The translations under genes and the position numbers were made by a program. Below are positions 35,973 through 47,100 of a stretch of 64,000 bases of DNA, one piece after another; the stretch's first letter is position 1, and each line of letters opens with the position of its first letter. The stretch covers positions 64,001 to 128,000 of the forward strand of contig CAVTNR010000003.1 in assembly GCA_963736115.1 (NCBI GenBank), in the 5' to 3' direction. Below the pieces are notes generated by a model. That model was not told the origin of the DNA. It did not search any database and saw only the letters and a program-made list of their open reading frames with translations. The DNA comes from an uncultured bacterium (GTDB lineage Bacteria > Zhuqueibacterota > QNDG01 > DTFT01).

Positions 35973-38900
35973 TCAATACTCCGCCCCGAACGAGAAGTAA
36001 TGAATGGGCGGGCCGAACACACTCGTGAAGTCCGTCGCTTTGGCATAGTCGTAACGCAGGATGAAATACCCCAGGTTCATCCGTACGCCGACGCCGACGC
36101 CGCCTTTCAGGTCATTCAGCTTCGGCAGAGTGAAATCGCCGTCCGCAAAGGGTTTCCAGGCTTTGTCGTTGTCCCAGGCGGAACCCACGTCCATGAAAAG
36201 CGCGCCGCGTATGTTCTGGAACCCGAGGGGAAGGGGCCATCCGAGAATGAGGTACTGGACGAGCGGGAACCGGAATTCCAGATTGGTCAGCACGAACCGG
36301 GTGCCGATCATGTCGTAGTACAGCGTTCCCCGCAGGGGTGTCTCAAAGGAGGAGAAGTAAAAATTATCCGTGTTCGAATCGCCCCAGGGGATGTCCTGAT
36401 CCTCCCGGTAGTCGTAATTGATCCAGTCGGACATGCCGCCGAGCAGAAATCGCTGGGGATTGACGCCGCCCGACACGCCGCCCGCGAGCCGGAGCGCGAA
36501 TGCGTAGTTCCGGTTGATCATGAAATAGCGGCGCATGTCAGCCTTGGCCGTCCAGAAATCGAGGCCTTGCCGGTTGCTGACCGAGGGACTGTACGATAGA
36601 GAATAACGGCTCCGGCCCTCGCTCATCGGCCCGGTGGATCCGTAAATGGCCGTGTCCGTGGTGTACCCCGCGTTCAGCATGAGCAGGCGTTTCCGGGAGA
36701 TGCTCCCCATTTCGCGCGGCGTGAACGTGTAATAATACATATAGTAGTTTTCGTCCAGTCCCACCAGGTCGCGGGTGATTTCGAGTCCGGTGATTCCGAA
36801 ATCCGCCCTGCGATACCGGTCGAAAGGACGCGACGTGAAAAGGCTCAACCCGTAGTAGCGGTCGCGGAGATAGCCGAAATAATAATAACCCTGGTCCTGG
36901 AACCAGGTATAGTACCTGTAGGAGAAGTGAAACAGGGACATGCCCACGTCCACCCGCCTGGGCAGATAGGAGTAGGCCAGCTGGAAGTTGGAGTTTTTCA
37001 GGTTGTAGAAAAGGTCGGTGTACAGGTCGAACTGATGGTTCCCGAGTATGTCGCTGAAACGGACGAAGGTGCTGCCCTGAAGGCCCCAGAACTGGCTGTA
37101 GCCCGCGCCTCCGGATACCACGTCCGGGCTGAACCGGATTTTATACTTGTGGGTTTTGTATTCGCCCAGGCTGTTCTTGTACTGGGTTGAATCGAGAAAG
37201 GCGCTGACCGGTTCGCGGCCCTGAGCCTGCCCTTTCCGGGACCGGTCCGTGAACACGTAATTGCGGACATCGAGCCCGGGCGGTATGGCTTCCGCCGCCG
37301 CGGTGTCCGCGGCCGCTGTCCGGACCGCGGCCTCACGGGGCTCGGATACGAAAAGCGTATTTTTCGGCTCGACGGAGCCCGGTTTGACGTCCATCGGATT
37401 GGTCATGAGGTAAATGTCGTATCCGCCGTTGTCGAAAGCGGAGAAAGCCAGCCGGGAGCCTTCACGCGACCAGGACAGGTGAATGACGCCGGAAACCAGA
37501 TTGGTGAGCGCGCGAACCGTGTCCGTTTCCGTGTCCAGCAGGTAGATGTTGTTGATGCCGCTCCGGTCCGAGATAAAGGCGATGTTCCGGCCATCCGGCG
37601 CCCAGGCCGGGCTCTTCTCGTCCGACCGGTCGGACGTAAGCCTTCGGATGTTGCGGGACTTCAGGTCCAGGAGGCACAGGTCCGTCCGGCTGTAGTCGAA
37701 GCGCTGCATGGCGAAGGCGCCCCGGGGGGCTGCCAGAGAATCGCCGCGGTCCGACACGAACGCGATCCGGCCGCCGTCCGGTGAATAGACCGGGTCCAGG
37801 TCGCTGAAAATGTCGTCCGTGAGTTTTTCCACTCTCCCATCCGCGATCGTCAGTTCGTACAGGTCGGAGCCGCCGTCCCGGATGCCCATGAACGCGATGC
37901 GGGTTCCGTCCGGGGACCAGTCCGGCGAAAAAACGCCGTCCAGGTCCAGGCGGAAGGAGGCGGATACGGACTTCGTCTTGACATCGAAGAGATAGAGCGC
38001 GTCCTTTCCCCCGGACTTGGCCGCGAAAACGAGCTTTTCACCGTCTGGAGACCATTTCATTCCCGGCCGCATCCAGTGCATCTGCTCGAACAGATCGGAC
38101 CGCTCGCCCTGCACGAGTTTGCCGAGGTCCTTGCCGTCGACCGTGTTCAGGACATGGATATCCGTGAATCCGGAACGGTCAGTGAGATAGGCGATCTTGT
38201 CCCCCTTCGGGGAGAGGGCGGGCGCGGAATTCATGAAATGCCGGTTTTTGTCGTGATCGGTGAGACGGCGGGCCACGTCGGCCGGTTCGTTCCGGCCCTG
38301 GATGTCCGGCCAGTAGCTCTGGTGCAGGAACCGGTGCCAACGCTTCGACAGCTCCTCGGTGCTGAGTCCGATGGACTGCCTGAGGGCCTTGTCAAGGTCC
38401 TTGGTCATGCGCACCTTGTGTATGATTTCCCCGATCTTGGGGTCCCCGTATTTCAGCGCGAGGTACCGGTAGAGCGACTGCCCGCCCTTGTATACGATAT
38501 ACCCGCCAGTCATGGCCTCGATGGGCGGCGTATAGTCGTACAGCGTGGCGTCGCGCATGTACATGTCGCTTTCCGTGTCCCATCCGAGGCTTTGGTATTC
38601 GGCGAGCCCTTCCATGAACCAGAGCGGCAGATTCGAGGTCATCACGCCCGTGAGTATGGATCCGGACCTGCCGCCGTAAAACGTCTGGAACATCACCGCA
38701 TGCGTGAGCTCGTGGTGGATGACGTGCCGGAACTCCTCATAGCTGCCCTGGAAGGGGATGACCACGCGGTCCTTGAAAACCTCGGTGAATCCCCCGACGG
38801 ACTCTTCGAGCAGTTCGTTGATGACGTTCGTCGACTGAAAATCATTGTGGCTGTTGTACACTACGATGGGGATGCGGGCGCTCATGGAGAAACGGATGGT

Positions 38901-39152
38901 GTTCTGGAGCTGGACATAGCTCGTCTCTGCCACATCGGCCGTGAACTCGGCGAGCATCCGGTTGTTCCGGTAATAGTACACGTCGAAATGCCGGGATTGC
39001 AGGTATTCCCAGTTGTGTTTTTCGTACTGGACCTTGTTTTTCCCGAAAATCTGTCCGAATGCGCAGGCCGCGGGAAAAAGCGTTCCGACGGCCAGCCAGG
39101 CGGCCAGTCCCATCGTCCCAATCCGATTCGTTTTCATTCCGCTGTGCTCCAT
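35973..39152 (-). CDS. Omp85/BamA-family protein with N-terminal zincin peptidase (MA-like) and PD40 propeller
   Basis: FGKNKVQY, HELTH..WFMEGLAEY, repeated P.WSPDG..IAF.SDR, barrel PLRG..NLEFRFP..FMDVGSAW..FSFGAEY. Confidence 0.85.
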   Translation of the reverse strand: MEHSGMKTNRIGTMGLAAWLAVGTLFPAACAFGQIFGKNKVQYEKHNWEYLQSRHFDVYYYRNNRMLAEFTADVAETSYVQLQNTIRFSMSARIPIVVYNSHNDFQSTNVINELLEESVGGFTEVFKDRVVIPFQGSYEEFRHVIHHELTHAVMFQTFYGGRSGSILTGVMTSNLPLWFMEGLAEYQSLGWDTESDMYMRDATLYDYTPPIEAMTGGYIVYKGGQSLYRYLALKYGDPKIGEIIHKVRMTKDLDKALRQSIGLSTEELSKRWHRFLHQSYWPDIQGRNEPADVARRLTDHDKNRHFMNSAPALSPKGDKIAYLTDRSGFTDIHVLNTVDGKDLGKLVQGERSDLFEQMHWMRPGMKWSPDGEKLVFAAKSGGKDALYLFDVKTKSVSASFRLDLDGVFSPDWSPDGTRIAFMGIRDGGSDLYELTIADGRVEKLTDDIFSDLDPVYSPDGGRIAFVSDRGDSLAAPRGAFAMQRFDYSRTDLCLLDLKSRNIRRLTSDRSDEKSPAWAPDGRNIAFISDRSGINNIYLLDTETDTVRALTNLVSGVIHLSWSREGSRLAFSAFDNGGYDIYLMTNPMDVKPGSVEPKNTLFVSEPREAAVRTAAADTAAAEAIPPGLDVRNYVFTDRSRKGQAQGREPVSAFLDSTQYKNSLGEYKTHKYKIRFSPDVVSGGAGYSQFWGLQGSTFVRFSDILGNHQFDLYTDLFYNLKNSNFQLAYSYLPRRVDVGMSLFHFSYRYYTWFQDQGYYYFGYLRDRYYGLSLFTSRPFDRYRRADFGITGLEITRDLVGLDENYYMYYYTFTPREMGSISRKRLLMLNAGYTTDTAIYGSTGPMSEGRSRYSLSYSPSVSNRQGLDFWTAKADMRRYFMINRNYAFALRLAGGVSGGVNPQRFLLGGMSDWINYDYREDQDIPWGDSNTDNFYFSSFETPLRGTLYYDMIGTRFVLTNLEFRFPLVQYLILGWPLPLGFQNIRGALFMDVGSAWDNDKAWKPFADGDFTLPKLNDLKGGVGVGVRMNLGYFILRYDYAKATDFTSVFGPPIHYFSFGAEY

Positions 39153-39213
39153 TTTTGTAGCGTTTCAGACAAGTTCTGCGGTCGTTAGCGGTTGTCTCCT
39201 GAAACCAACTCAT

Positions 39214-39286
39214 CACGGATGGACACGGAAAAGACACGGATGTGTGTGATTCTCATGGATTCCGCATCCTTCCGTGAAAATCCGGG
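39214..39286. repeat. CACGGA direct/inverted short-repeat element
   Basis: CACGGATGGACACGGAAAAGACACGGA followed by degenerate TCCG(T)G copies; related to 61287-61432. Confidence 0.6.
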
Positions 39287-39356
39287 ATGTGATACGCGGA
39301 CGGGTCAGAAAAAAAACAACACAAATACGTGGATCCGCAGCCGGAACAGGAATGCT

Positions 39357-39893
39357 TCAGTTGTCCGTGTCGTCCGTCCATCGCAGGATGCGCCATTTTT
39401 CATCCCGGCATCTCCTGAACTCGAATACGGCGCGGCCCGACAACGTGACGTCGAAATCCTCGGCTACAAGCGTGAGGTCGAAACCCTTGCTGATGGACGC
39501 GTCTGTCTCCCCCAGGGTTTCGCTGAGTGTGCTTCTCCACACCAGGTCCGCGATCTGGACGTGGCGCAGCAGCCGGCCGGTCGCGCGAAGGTCGACGTCG
39601 CGGCCCCAGGATACAAACTGGCCGGAGGGACCCTCGTTCGGATCGTAATAAACGAACTGGAAGGCGGTGTCGAGCAGGTCGCTGTACAGGAGCGAATCCC
39701 GGAAGGCGTAGGCAACCTTGAAATTCTGGAGCACGTCTTCAGGGGTTTTCTGCTCGGTGAGTATCAGGTCGGAGCCTTCCAGCGAATCCGTCAGCCTGGG
39801 GGCGAAGGGATTCCAGCACGCCGAGGCGCACAGGGCCGCGGCCGCCGTCAGCAGCCGGATGGTCCGGAATATGCGCCGCCCCTCCGCAATCAT
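39357..39893 (-). CDS. Hypothetical lipoprotein (possibly NTF2/SnoaL-like)
   Basis: RBS GGAGG; lipobox-like CASAC followed by WNPFAP; TPEDVLQNF..AY..Y..LL..F.F; WRILRWTD. Confidence 0.65.
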   Translation of the reverse strand: MIAEGRRIFRTIRLLTAAAALCASACWNPFAPRLTDSLEGSDLILTEQKTPEDVLQNFKVAYAFRDSLLYSDLLDTAFQFVYYDPNEGPSGQFVSWGRDVDLRATGRLLRHVQIADLVWRSTLSETLGETDASISKGFDLTLVAEDFDVTLSGRAVFEFRRCRDEKWRILRWTDDTDN

Positions 39894-40030
39894 CGGGATT
39901 CCGCCTCCGTCACGTATCCCCATGTAACGACCGCCGAGCCGGTAAAGTTTCTCCCGCGGCCCGCCCCCCTTTCCGGAGGCGGAACCCGGACCCGGCCCGG
40001 CCCGGACGGGAATGCGCTTATTCTAACGCC

Positions 40031-40056
40031 AAAAGGCAGACGTGCATCTGCCTTTT
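40031..40056 (-). terminator. Intrinsic terminator after icd (bidirectional shape)
   Basis: AAAAGGCAGA-CGTGCA-TCTGCCTTTT. Confidence 0.7.
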
Positions 40057-40089
40057 GAACACCCAGCCCCAGCCTGTCCCTTCGGGAAG

Positions 40090-41382
40090 TTACATGTTTC
40101 GTATGACGGCGTCTCCGAATTCGGAACACCGGACCTCTTTTGCGCCGTCCATGAGCCGGCTGAAATCGTAGGTCACGGTTCCGGAGGCGATGGCGCCGTC
40201 CATACCCTTGAGCACCCGGTCGGCCGCCTCGGTCCACCCGAGGAAGCGGAGCATCATTTCTCCGGACAGAATGACGGATCCCGGATTGACCTTGTCCTGA
40301 TCCGCGTATTTCGGGGCCGTGCCGTGCGTGGCCTCGAAAATGGCGTGGCCTGAGTCGTAGTTGATGTTGCCGCCCGGCGCGATGCCGATGCCGCCGACCT
40401 GGGCGGCCAGCGCGTCGGAGAGATAATCGCCGTTCAGGTTCATGGTCGCGATGACGTCGAAATCCGAGGCGCGGGTGAGGGTCTGCTGAAAGCAGATGTC
40501 CGCAATGACGTCCTTGATGAGGAGCCTGCCGGATGCCAGGGCCGCTTTCTGCTCTTCGTCCGCGGCCTTGTCGCCCTTGTCCTTCTTCGTCCTTTCCCAC
40601 TGCGCCCAGGTATAAACACGGTCTCCGAATTCCCGCTCCGCCAGGGCGTATCCCCAGTTGCGGAAAGCGCCTTCGGTGAATTTCATGATATTGCCCTTGT
40701 GCACGAGGGTGACGCTTTTCCGGTTGTTGGCCAGGGCGTACCGGATGGCGGCGCGGACCAGTCGTTCCGTGCCTTCCCGGGAAACCGGTTTGACGCTGAA
40801 GCCGGCCGTATCCGGGAACCGGATCTTTTTATGCTCGGCCGGGAAGGCGTCCTTCAGCATGGAAACGAACCGATTGCACGCCTCGGAGCCGCTTTCGAAC
40901 TCGAGCCCCGTGTATATGTCCTCGGTGTTCTCGCGGAAAATCACCATGTCGACGTCCTGCGGCTTTTTTACGGGCGAGGGAACGCCCTTGAACCAGCGCA
41001 CGGGACGGAGGCAGACGTAGAGGTCCAGGAGCTTGCGCAGGGCCACGTTCAGGCTCCGGATGCCGCCGCCCACGGGCGTGGTGAGAGGGCCCTTGATGCC
41101 CACGCGGTATTCCCGGAAGGCTTCGACGGTTTCCTCGGGAAGCCAGTTGCCGGTCTTCTTGAAGGCCTTTTCGCCGGCCAGCACTTCCATCCATTCAATC
41201 CGGCGTTTGCCGCTGTACGCTTTTTCAACGGCCGCGTCCAGGACGCGGACGGACGCCCGCCAGATGTCCGGTCCGGTGCCGTCGCCTTCGATGAAGGGGA
41301 TCACGGGACGTTCCGGAACGGTCAGGCGGCCGTTTTCGCACAGGATTCTGCCGCCGGCGGGAGCTTCGGTCTTGCTGGTCAT
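40090..41382 (-). CDS. icd: NADP-dependent isocitrate dehydrogenase
   Basis: [76 protein letters not shown]. Confidence 0.97.
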   Translation of the reverse strand: MTSKTEAPAGGRILCENGRLTVPERPVIPFIEGDGTGPDIWRASVRVLDAAVEKAYSGKRRIEWMEVLAGEKAFKKTGNWLPEETVEAFREYRVGIKGPLTTPVGGGIRSLNVALRKLLDLYVCLRPVRWFKGVPSPVKKPQDVDMVIFRENTEDIYTGLEFESGSEACNRFVSMLKDAFPAEHKKIRFPDTAGFSVKPVSREGTERLVRAAIRYALANNRKSVTLVHKGNIMKFTEGAFRNWGYALAEREFGDRVYTWAQWERTKKDKGDKAADEEQKAALASGRLLIKDVIADICFQQTLTRASDFDVIATMNLNGDYLSDALAAQVGGIGIAPGGNINYDSGHAIFEATHGTAPKYADQDKVNPGSVILSGEMMLRFLGWTEAADRVLKGMDGAIASGTVTYDFSRLMDGAKEVRCSEFGDAVIRNM

Positions 41383-41418
41383 GTTTCGGGTCTCCGGAAT
41401 AGATAAGATCCGATCCGC

Positions 41419-43350
41419 TTAGGAGGATCGCTTGGCATAGGCCAGGGCTCCGCCCGCGCGGATCAAGGCGATGTCACGGGCCGAAAGCGAATGGGTCAGG
41501 CTGGCGTCGAAGCCTTTGGTTTTATTCTTCAGCGTCAGGGCCGCCCCCTCCGGGCCGGCCTTCAGGCCGGTCACGTCGATTTCCACCTCATCGCCCTGCT
41601 GGACGCGGTCGTAGTCCGCTTCGTTCACGAAAGTCAGGGGCACGATGCCGAAATTGATGAGATTGGCCAAGTGGATGCGGGCGAACGATTTCGTGATCAC
41701 CGCCTTCACCCCGAGGAACATCGGCGCGAGCGCGGCGTGCTCCCGGCTCGAACCCTGTCCGTAATTCACGCCTCCGACGATGAAACCGCCGCCCGCGGCT
41801 TTAGCCCGTTTGGCGAAGGTCGGATCCACGGCTTCAAAAACGAATTCAGCGAGCGCGGGCACATTGGAACGGAGCGGCAGGACCTTGGCGCCTGCGGGCA
41901 TGATGTGGTCCGTGGTGATGTGGTCGCCGACCTTGAGCAGGATTCCGCCCGAGAGTTTTGCGGGCAAAGGCTCTTTCACGGGAAGCGGCTTGATGTTCGG
42001 GCCGCGCAGCACTTCGACTTTTCCGGGATCCGCGGAGGGCGGCAGGATCATCGCATCGTCCACCGGGAAGCGGTCCGGCAGGGCCGGGGGCCGCACCGAA
42101 GCGCCAAGGGTCCGGGGATCGGTGATCGCGCCGGTGATCGCGGCCGCGGCCGCGGTTTCCGGACTGCAGAGGTAAACGCCGGCCGTTTTCGTGCCGCTAC
42201 GACCCTCGAAATTCCGGTTGAACGTGCGGAGCGAGACCGCATTCGAAGACGGGGAAAATCCCATGCCGATGCAGGGGCCGCATACGTTCTCCAGTAAGCG
42301 GATGCCGGAATCCACGATGGCCTGCCATTCGCCGCGGTCCATCAAAGTCCGGACCACCTGCCGCGACCCGGGAGCCAGGGCGACGGACACCTCCGGATGG
42401 ACGCGTTTTCCCCTGAGCATCTGGCTGATCACGGACAGGTCGCGGAACGAAGAATTGGTGCAGCTTCCCATGGCCACCTGCTGAACCCGGGTGCCTGCGA
42501 GATCCGCGACCCGGACCACCTGGTCCGGCATGTGGGGCTTGGCGATCATGGGCTCAAGCCCGGACAGGTCGATTTCGAGAATTTCGTCGTAAGCCGCGTC
42601 CGGATCCGCGGCGAGCGGGATCCACGAGGATTCCCGGTCCTGTGCCCTGAGGAAGAGCCGGGTTTTCTCGTCGCTTGGGAAAATGGAGGTAGTGGCGCCG
42701 AGTTCCGCGCCCATGTTGGCGATAGTCGCCCTTTCCGGCACGTCCAGCGATGCCACGCCCGGTCCCGAGTACTCCATGATTTTGCCCACGCCGCCCTTGA
42801 CTGTGAGCCGCCTGAGGATCTCCAGGATCACGTCCTTGGCTGAAACGAATGGATTCAGGGACCCGGACAGGCGGATATTGACGACTTTCGGCATGGTGAG
42901 GTGGAAGGGTTGTCCCGCCATGGCCAGGGCCACGTCGAGACCGCCTGCGCCGACGGCCAGCATGCCGATACCGCCGCCCGTGGGAGTATGGCTGTCCGAG
43001 CCGAGCAGGGTCCTGCCCGGAACGCCGAAGCGCTCCAGGTGCACCTGGTGGCATATGCCGTTGCCCGGTCTGGAGAAAAACAGGCCGTATTTCGACGCAA
43101 AAGACTGGAGGAAGCGGTGGTCGTCCGCGTTTTCGAATCCGTTCTGCAGCGTGTTGTGGTCCACGTAGCTCACGGACAGCTCGGTGCGGATACGGTCGAT
43201 GCCCATGGCTTCAAACTGCAGATAAGCCATGGTTCCGGTGGCGTCCTGCGTCAGGGTCTGGTCGATCCCGACAGCAACAGGGGAACCGGCCTTGGGTTCC
43301 CCTTCCTTCAGATGCTGCTGGATGATTTTCCGGGTGATGGATTGTCCCAT
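41419..43350 (-). CDS. Aconitate hydratase (short, about 640-aa type)
   Basis: DQTLTQDATGT, DHN, GICHQVH, GSDSHT, GSCTNSS, CGPCIG, RTFNRNF.GR, TTDHI, NYGQGSSREHAA. Confidence 0.95.
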   Translation of the reverse strand: MGQSITRKIIQQHLKEGEPKAGSPVAVGIDQTLTQDATGTMAYLQFEAMGIDRIRTELSVSYVDHNTLQNGFENADDHRFLQSFASKYGLFFSRPGNGICHQVHLERFGVPGRTLLGSDSHTPTGGGIGMLAVGAGGLDVALAMAGQPFHLTMPKVVNIRLSGSLNPFVSAKDVILEILRRLTVKGGVGKIMEYSGPGVASLDVPERATIANMGAELGATTSIFPSDEKTRLFLRAQDRESSWIPLAADPDAAYDEILEIDLSGLEPMIAKPHMPDQVVRVADLAGTRVQQVAMGSCTNSSFRDLSVISQMLRGKRVHPEVSVALAPGSRQVVRTLMDRGEWQAIVDSGIRLLENVCGPCIGMGFSPSSNAVSLRTFNRNFEGRSGTKTAGVYLCSPETAAAAAITGAITDPRTLGASVRPPALPDRFPVDDAMILPPSADPGKVEVLRGPNIKPLPVKEPLPAKLSGGILLKVGDHITTDHIMPAGAKVLPLRSNVPALAEFVFEAVDPTFAKRAKAAGGGFIVGGVNYGQGSSREHAALAPMFLGVKAVITKSFARIHLANLINFGIVPLTFVNEADYDRVQQGDEVEIDVTGLKAGPEGAALTLKNKTKGFDASLTHSLSARDIALIRAGGALAYAKRSS

Positions 43351-43362
43351 GCGTCCTTCCGC

Positions 43363-44022
43363 TTATTCGGTGGATTCTTTCCGAGACAGGAGCTCCCGCT
43401 GTTTCCGGTTGCCCAGGTCCAGCCTGCGCAGAAGCTTCCAGGCGCCGATGAGGCCCAGACGGACGAAACCGAAGCGTTCGGTGTTCAATTCCTTGGCAAT
43501 CTGGGAAGGACCCCACGAGGGGTGCTCACGCACGATTTGGAGAACCTTGTCGTCAATGCCTTCGGGAACGACTTCGGATTCCTGGGCCTTGCGCATCACG
43601 GAATCCGCGGTCTGAAGCGCCTGATCCGAAGCTTCCTGCTCCATGGCAAGATTGACTTCCCGGCCGCCGAGGTCGAAATCGCGGATGCTTTCCTCGACTG
43701 TGTCGTAGGCCTTGAGGATATAATGAAATTCGAGAAGTTCGAAGACTTCGTAGACGTCGGGAATCATGCGGGCCAGCTTGAGATCGCCGCCCCTTTCCCG
43801 GATGCCCTTGATTTCGCTGATGAATATGCCCCAGCCCGCGCTGGAAATATAGTCCACATTGCCCAGGTCGATAATGATGTGGACCACGCCCGTTTTCAGG
43901 AGAGAATCGAGGGCCCTTTCCAGTTCCGCGGAAGTGGTGGTGTCAATGTACCCGCCCACACGGATGACCGACACTTCGCCGAGCGTCCCCACTTTTTCCA
44001 CCGATACCTGTATGCCTTCCAT
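43363..44022 (-). CDS. STAS anti-sigma-factor antagonist with extra C-terminal HTH-like domain
   Basis: GYIDTTT..DLGNVDYISSAGWG..GGDLKL..VFELL; C-terminal IVREHPSWGPSQIAKEL. Confidence 0.85.
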   Translation of the reverse strand: MEGIQVSVEKVGTLGEVSVIRVGGYIDTTTSAELERALDSLLKTGVVHIIIDLGNVDYISSAGWGIFISEIKGIRERGGDLKLARMIPDVYEVFELLEFHYILKAYDTVEESIRDFDLGGREVNLAMEQEASDQALQTADSVMRKAQESEVVPEGIDDKVLQIVREHPSWGPSQIAKELNTERFGFVRLGLIGAWKLLRRLDLGNRKQRELLSRKESTE

Positions 44023-44066
44023 CGGACTGCCCCCAAAAGAGATCGATAAATATATATAACATTTGA

Positions 44067-44095
44067 AATTTAATAGAAATCGGGGTCATTGTCAA
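44067..44095 (-). promoter_or_regulatory. Putative sigma70 promoter upstream of STAS-acn-icd
   Basis: Minus strand TTGACA-17 nt-TAAATT in an AT-rich gap. Confidence 0.6.
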
Positions 44096-44134
44096 CCCTT
44101 TTTACCGGGGGCCGAGACCGGCCGGAAAAGGATT

Positions 44135-47100
44135 TCAGACCGCCTGGCTCCGGATGAGTTTCTGCATGCGTTTGATCCGCTCCAGGATGTCCGACCGTTG
44201 GGGATTCCGCTTCAGAATTTCCCCCCACTGCCAGACGGCCCGCTTGTATTCCCCCCGGTTGGCGGAGATGACGCCGAGGTTCTCCAGAACGTTTAGGTTC
44301 TCCGGATTGAGCAGACGCACCCGCTCATAGGATTCAATCGCCTTTTCCAGCTGGCCGAGCCTGTACCAGGCGTCTCCGAGGCTCTGGTACGCTTCCCAGG
44401 AATCCGGCTTTTCGTCCAGGATGCGTTTGAACTCTTCAATGGCCTTGGCGTACAGGCCCTGTCTGTAGAACCATTTGCCCGAATCCATATGGCGGCGGCT
44501 GTTCATTTCACGGAGCATGGCCGTGATGCGGCTTTCGTCGCGCGATCCCCTGGCGGAAAGGGTCGTGTCGCTGTCAAAAGGCGAGGCGTCGATGCGTTCG
44601 AAGAGACCGCCGTCAAAGGCCTCGGCGGATTCCTCCGCGAATCCAGCGAATTCCGCGTCGAAGAGCTCTCCGCTGACGGATTCGGCGATCCGATCCTCGG
44701 CATCCGCCTGGTTCTCCACGGCTGAATCGGCGGTGACGGCCGGTGCGCCGTCTTCAGGGGATTTCCCGGCCGGCACGGCGACCGCTTCGGTTCCGGAACC
44801 GGGACTTTCTTCCAGCCAGTCGAAAAGACCGCCGAGAAGACCGTCGTCCGTTTCCGGGGACGTTGTCCCGGGTTCGGCGGCTGCGGCTGATCCGCCGGCC
44901 GCGACGGACTCCGCCGGTCCGAGGGGCGCAACGCTTTCCGCGCCCGCTCCGGACGGGGACCCCGCTGCGGCGGCGCCCGTCTCCTGCCGGAGCAGGCTTT
45001 CCTCCGGGGCGGATGCGTCCGCTCCGGAAAGCGGCGGATGCGCGACTTCCTCCGGTTCCTTTTTGATCTGCGAAGCGCGTATGCTGATCGTGGGCGCGTC
45101 ATCCAGCCGGCGCGGCCGGAGAAGCGGCGGCCTCTCGCGCCGTTTTCCGGTGTCGAGAATAATCTGTCCGTCCAACGTGAGGAACGGCGTGCCCGGCGGC
45201 TTGGTCCGCTTGCCCTTTTCGCCCCGCTCCGCAAACACCTGACGGCGGTCCCGCGTGTTGAGCCGGCTCTTCACCAGCTCGTCGTAGATCCGTTTCTCGT
45301 CGAGTACGGTGAGCCCGTAGCTTTCCGTTTTCAGCTCCTCGGCGATGCGCTTGGGGCCGAAATCCGGATGTTTCTTGATGATGTCGTGTATCTTGACCTT
45401 GTCCTCGATGGCGATATGGTTTTCCTCGACGTCGGAGCGCACGGTCAGCTCGCGCAGGCCGTCATCGCCCATCTTGTCCCACCGCCGCCGGTACTTGTAA
45501 TAGGTCGAGGTCGAGACGCCCACTTTCCGGCAGGCGTCGCGCGCGCTCATGCCCTCCTCCGTGACCAGCCGGATGAGTTTCGAGCGGAGGTTGAAGAGAA
45601 CGTCTTCGGCCTTCATGTTCTCCTGAATGGCCACCAGCGTGATGTCGTCGCTCTGGGCTTCTCCGCCGGTGAATTCCTTGATTTCCTCCCGGATGCGGTC
45701 CACGAGCGGATCGACCTGCATTTGGCCGCCTTTCCGGATGACGGACAGGAAGCGCTCCTCCCCGAATTTATCACGCTGGGCGTTCATCGCCTCGGTCACC
45801 CCGTCGGTGTAGGCGATGAGCACGTCGCCCTCCTTCAGGTGGATGGTGTCCGATTCGATTGATTTGCGGAACAGGGTCTTGTCCGGCAGGTTGAGCCCGA
45901 TGGGGAAGCCCCGCGGGTTCAGGTAGAAGCTCTTGTTGGTCTGGGCGCGGTACAGGATCATGGGATTGTGCCCCGCGCTCGCGTAATTGATGGTGCGGTT
46001 GTGCGAGTCGAGAATCACGTAGAACACGGTCACGAACATGCCGCGCTTCATGTCGTTGATCACGAAGTCATTGACGCGGGCGAGCACGTCGGCGGCGTTC
46101 TTGTTGCCGCGGGCCTCGGTGCGGAGCGCCGTCCGTATCATGGTCATGATCAGAGAGCCGGGAACGCCCTTTCCGGAGACGTCCGCCACGACGATGCCCA
46201 GCGTGTCCTTGTCCACCTCGACGAAGTCGAAATAGTCCCCGCCCACCTCCCGCGCGGCTTCATAGTACGAGGCGATTTCATAACCCTCGATCTCCGGGAA
46301 GGAGGAGGGAAGCAGCGTGTGCTGGATTTCCTGGGCGACCTGCATTTCCTTCTGCAGGCGTTCCTGCTCCGCCAGGTTTACCTGGGATTTCCGGAATTTT
46401 TCAGTGATTTCATTGAAGGCGTGGGCGATTTCGCCGATCTCGTCCGACTGGTCGAATTCGACCTCGTCCTGTATTTCACCGTGGCCGGCGGCGCTGATCC
46501 ACCGGGCCAGCCGCCGCAGGGGATTCGTGATGAGAAAGACCAGCGCGAAAATGCCGGCGGCGCCGACCAGCCAGATAATGAACAGCATCCGGAGTCCGTC
46601 CAGCAAGGCGGTACGGATCTTGTGGTCGGTGACAGCCTTGTCGAACTGGAGCCGGACGCTTCCGACCGGTATTCGCATCAGCGGCGGGACGACGGCCTCC
46701 TCGATCTCGTACGCGGTCCGGCCGTCGTCCGTCCGCGTGCGCGTGACGGACGTCGAAAGCCGCGCCTCGACCGGTCCGGGCCGGTGCGGCTCGAGTATCC
46801 GTTCGGGCGTCACCGATCCCTGAACGATGCCGGTGGAATCGATGATGAGCGCCTCAAGCAGCCAGGGCGCATTAACCCGCTGGAATTCGGCTGCGATCCG
46901 GGCGGTCTCGATGGTTTCGTCCCGGACCAGCGACTCCACGCACTGGTGCGCCAGCGTCCGGGCAAGAGTGCCGCCGAGGGCCAGGTCGGACCGGAGGATG
47001 CGGGAGCGCTGGTTTGCGTTCGACACGAACCACACAGCCACGGCCAGCAGGGTCCACAGGATGCCGGCGTAGACGCCGTACTGCAATTTCATCGGAAGAC

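Noticed and set aside
39214-39290. CRISPR array from short periodic repeats
   Set aside because: Units are 6-8 nt with no spacers of CRISPR length.
40090-43350. acn/icd as homoaconitase and homoisocitrate dehydrogenase of the lysine pathway
   Set aside because: Icd has canonical NADP-IDH motifs and the genes lie about 19 kb from lysW; nothing in the sequence supports reassignment.
45220-45590. IS481/IS3 insertion within the phosphatase gene
   Set aside because: In frame, with no DDE catalytic domain, terminal repeats or target duplication seen, and a homologous domain sits in the neighbouring STAS gene. Treated as a fused domain.
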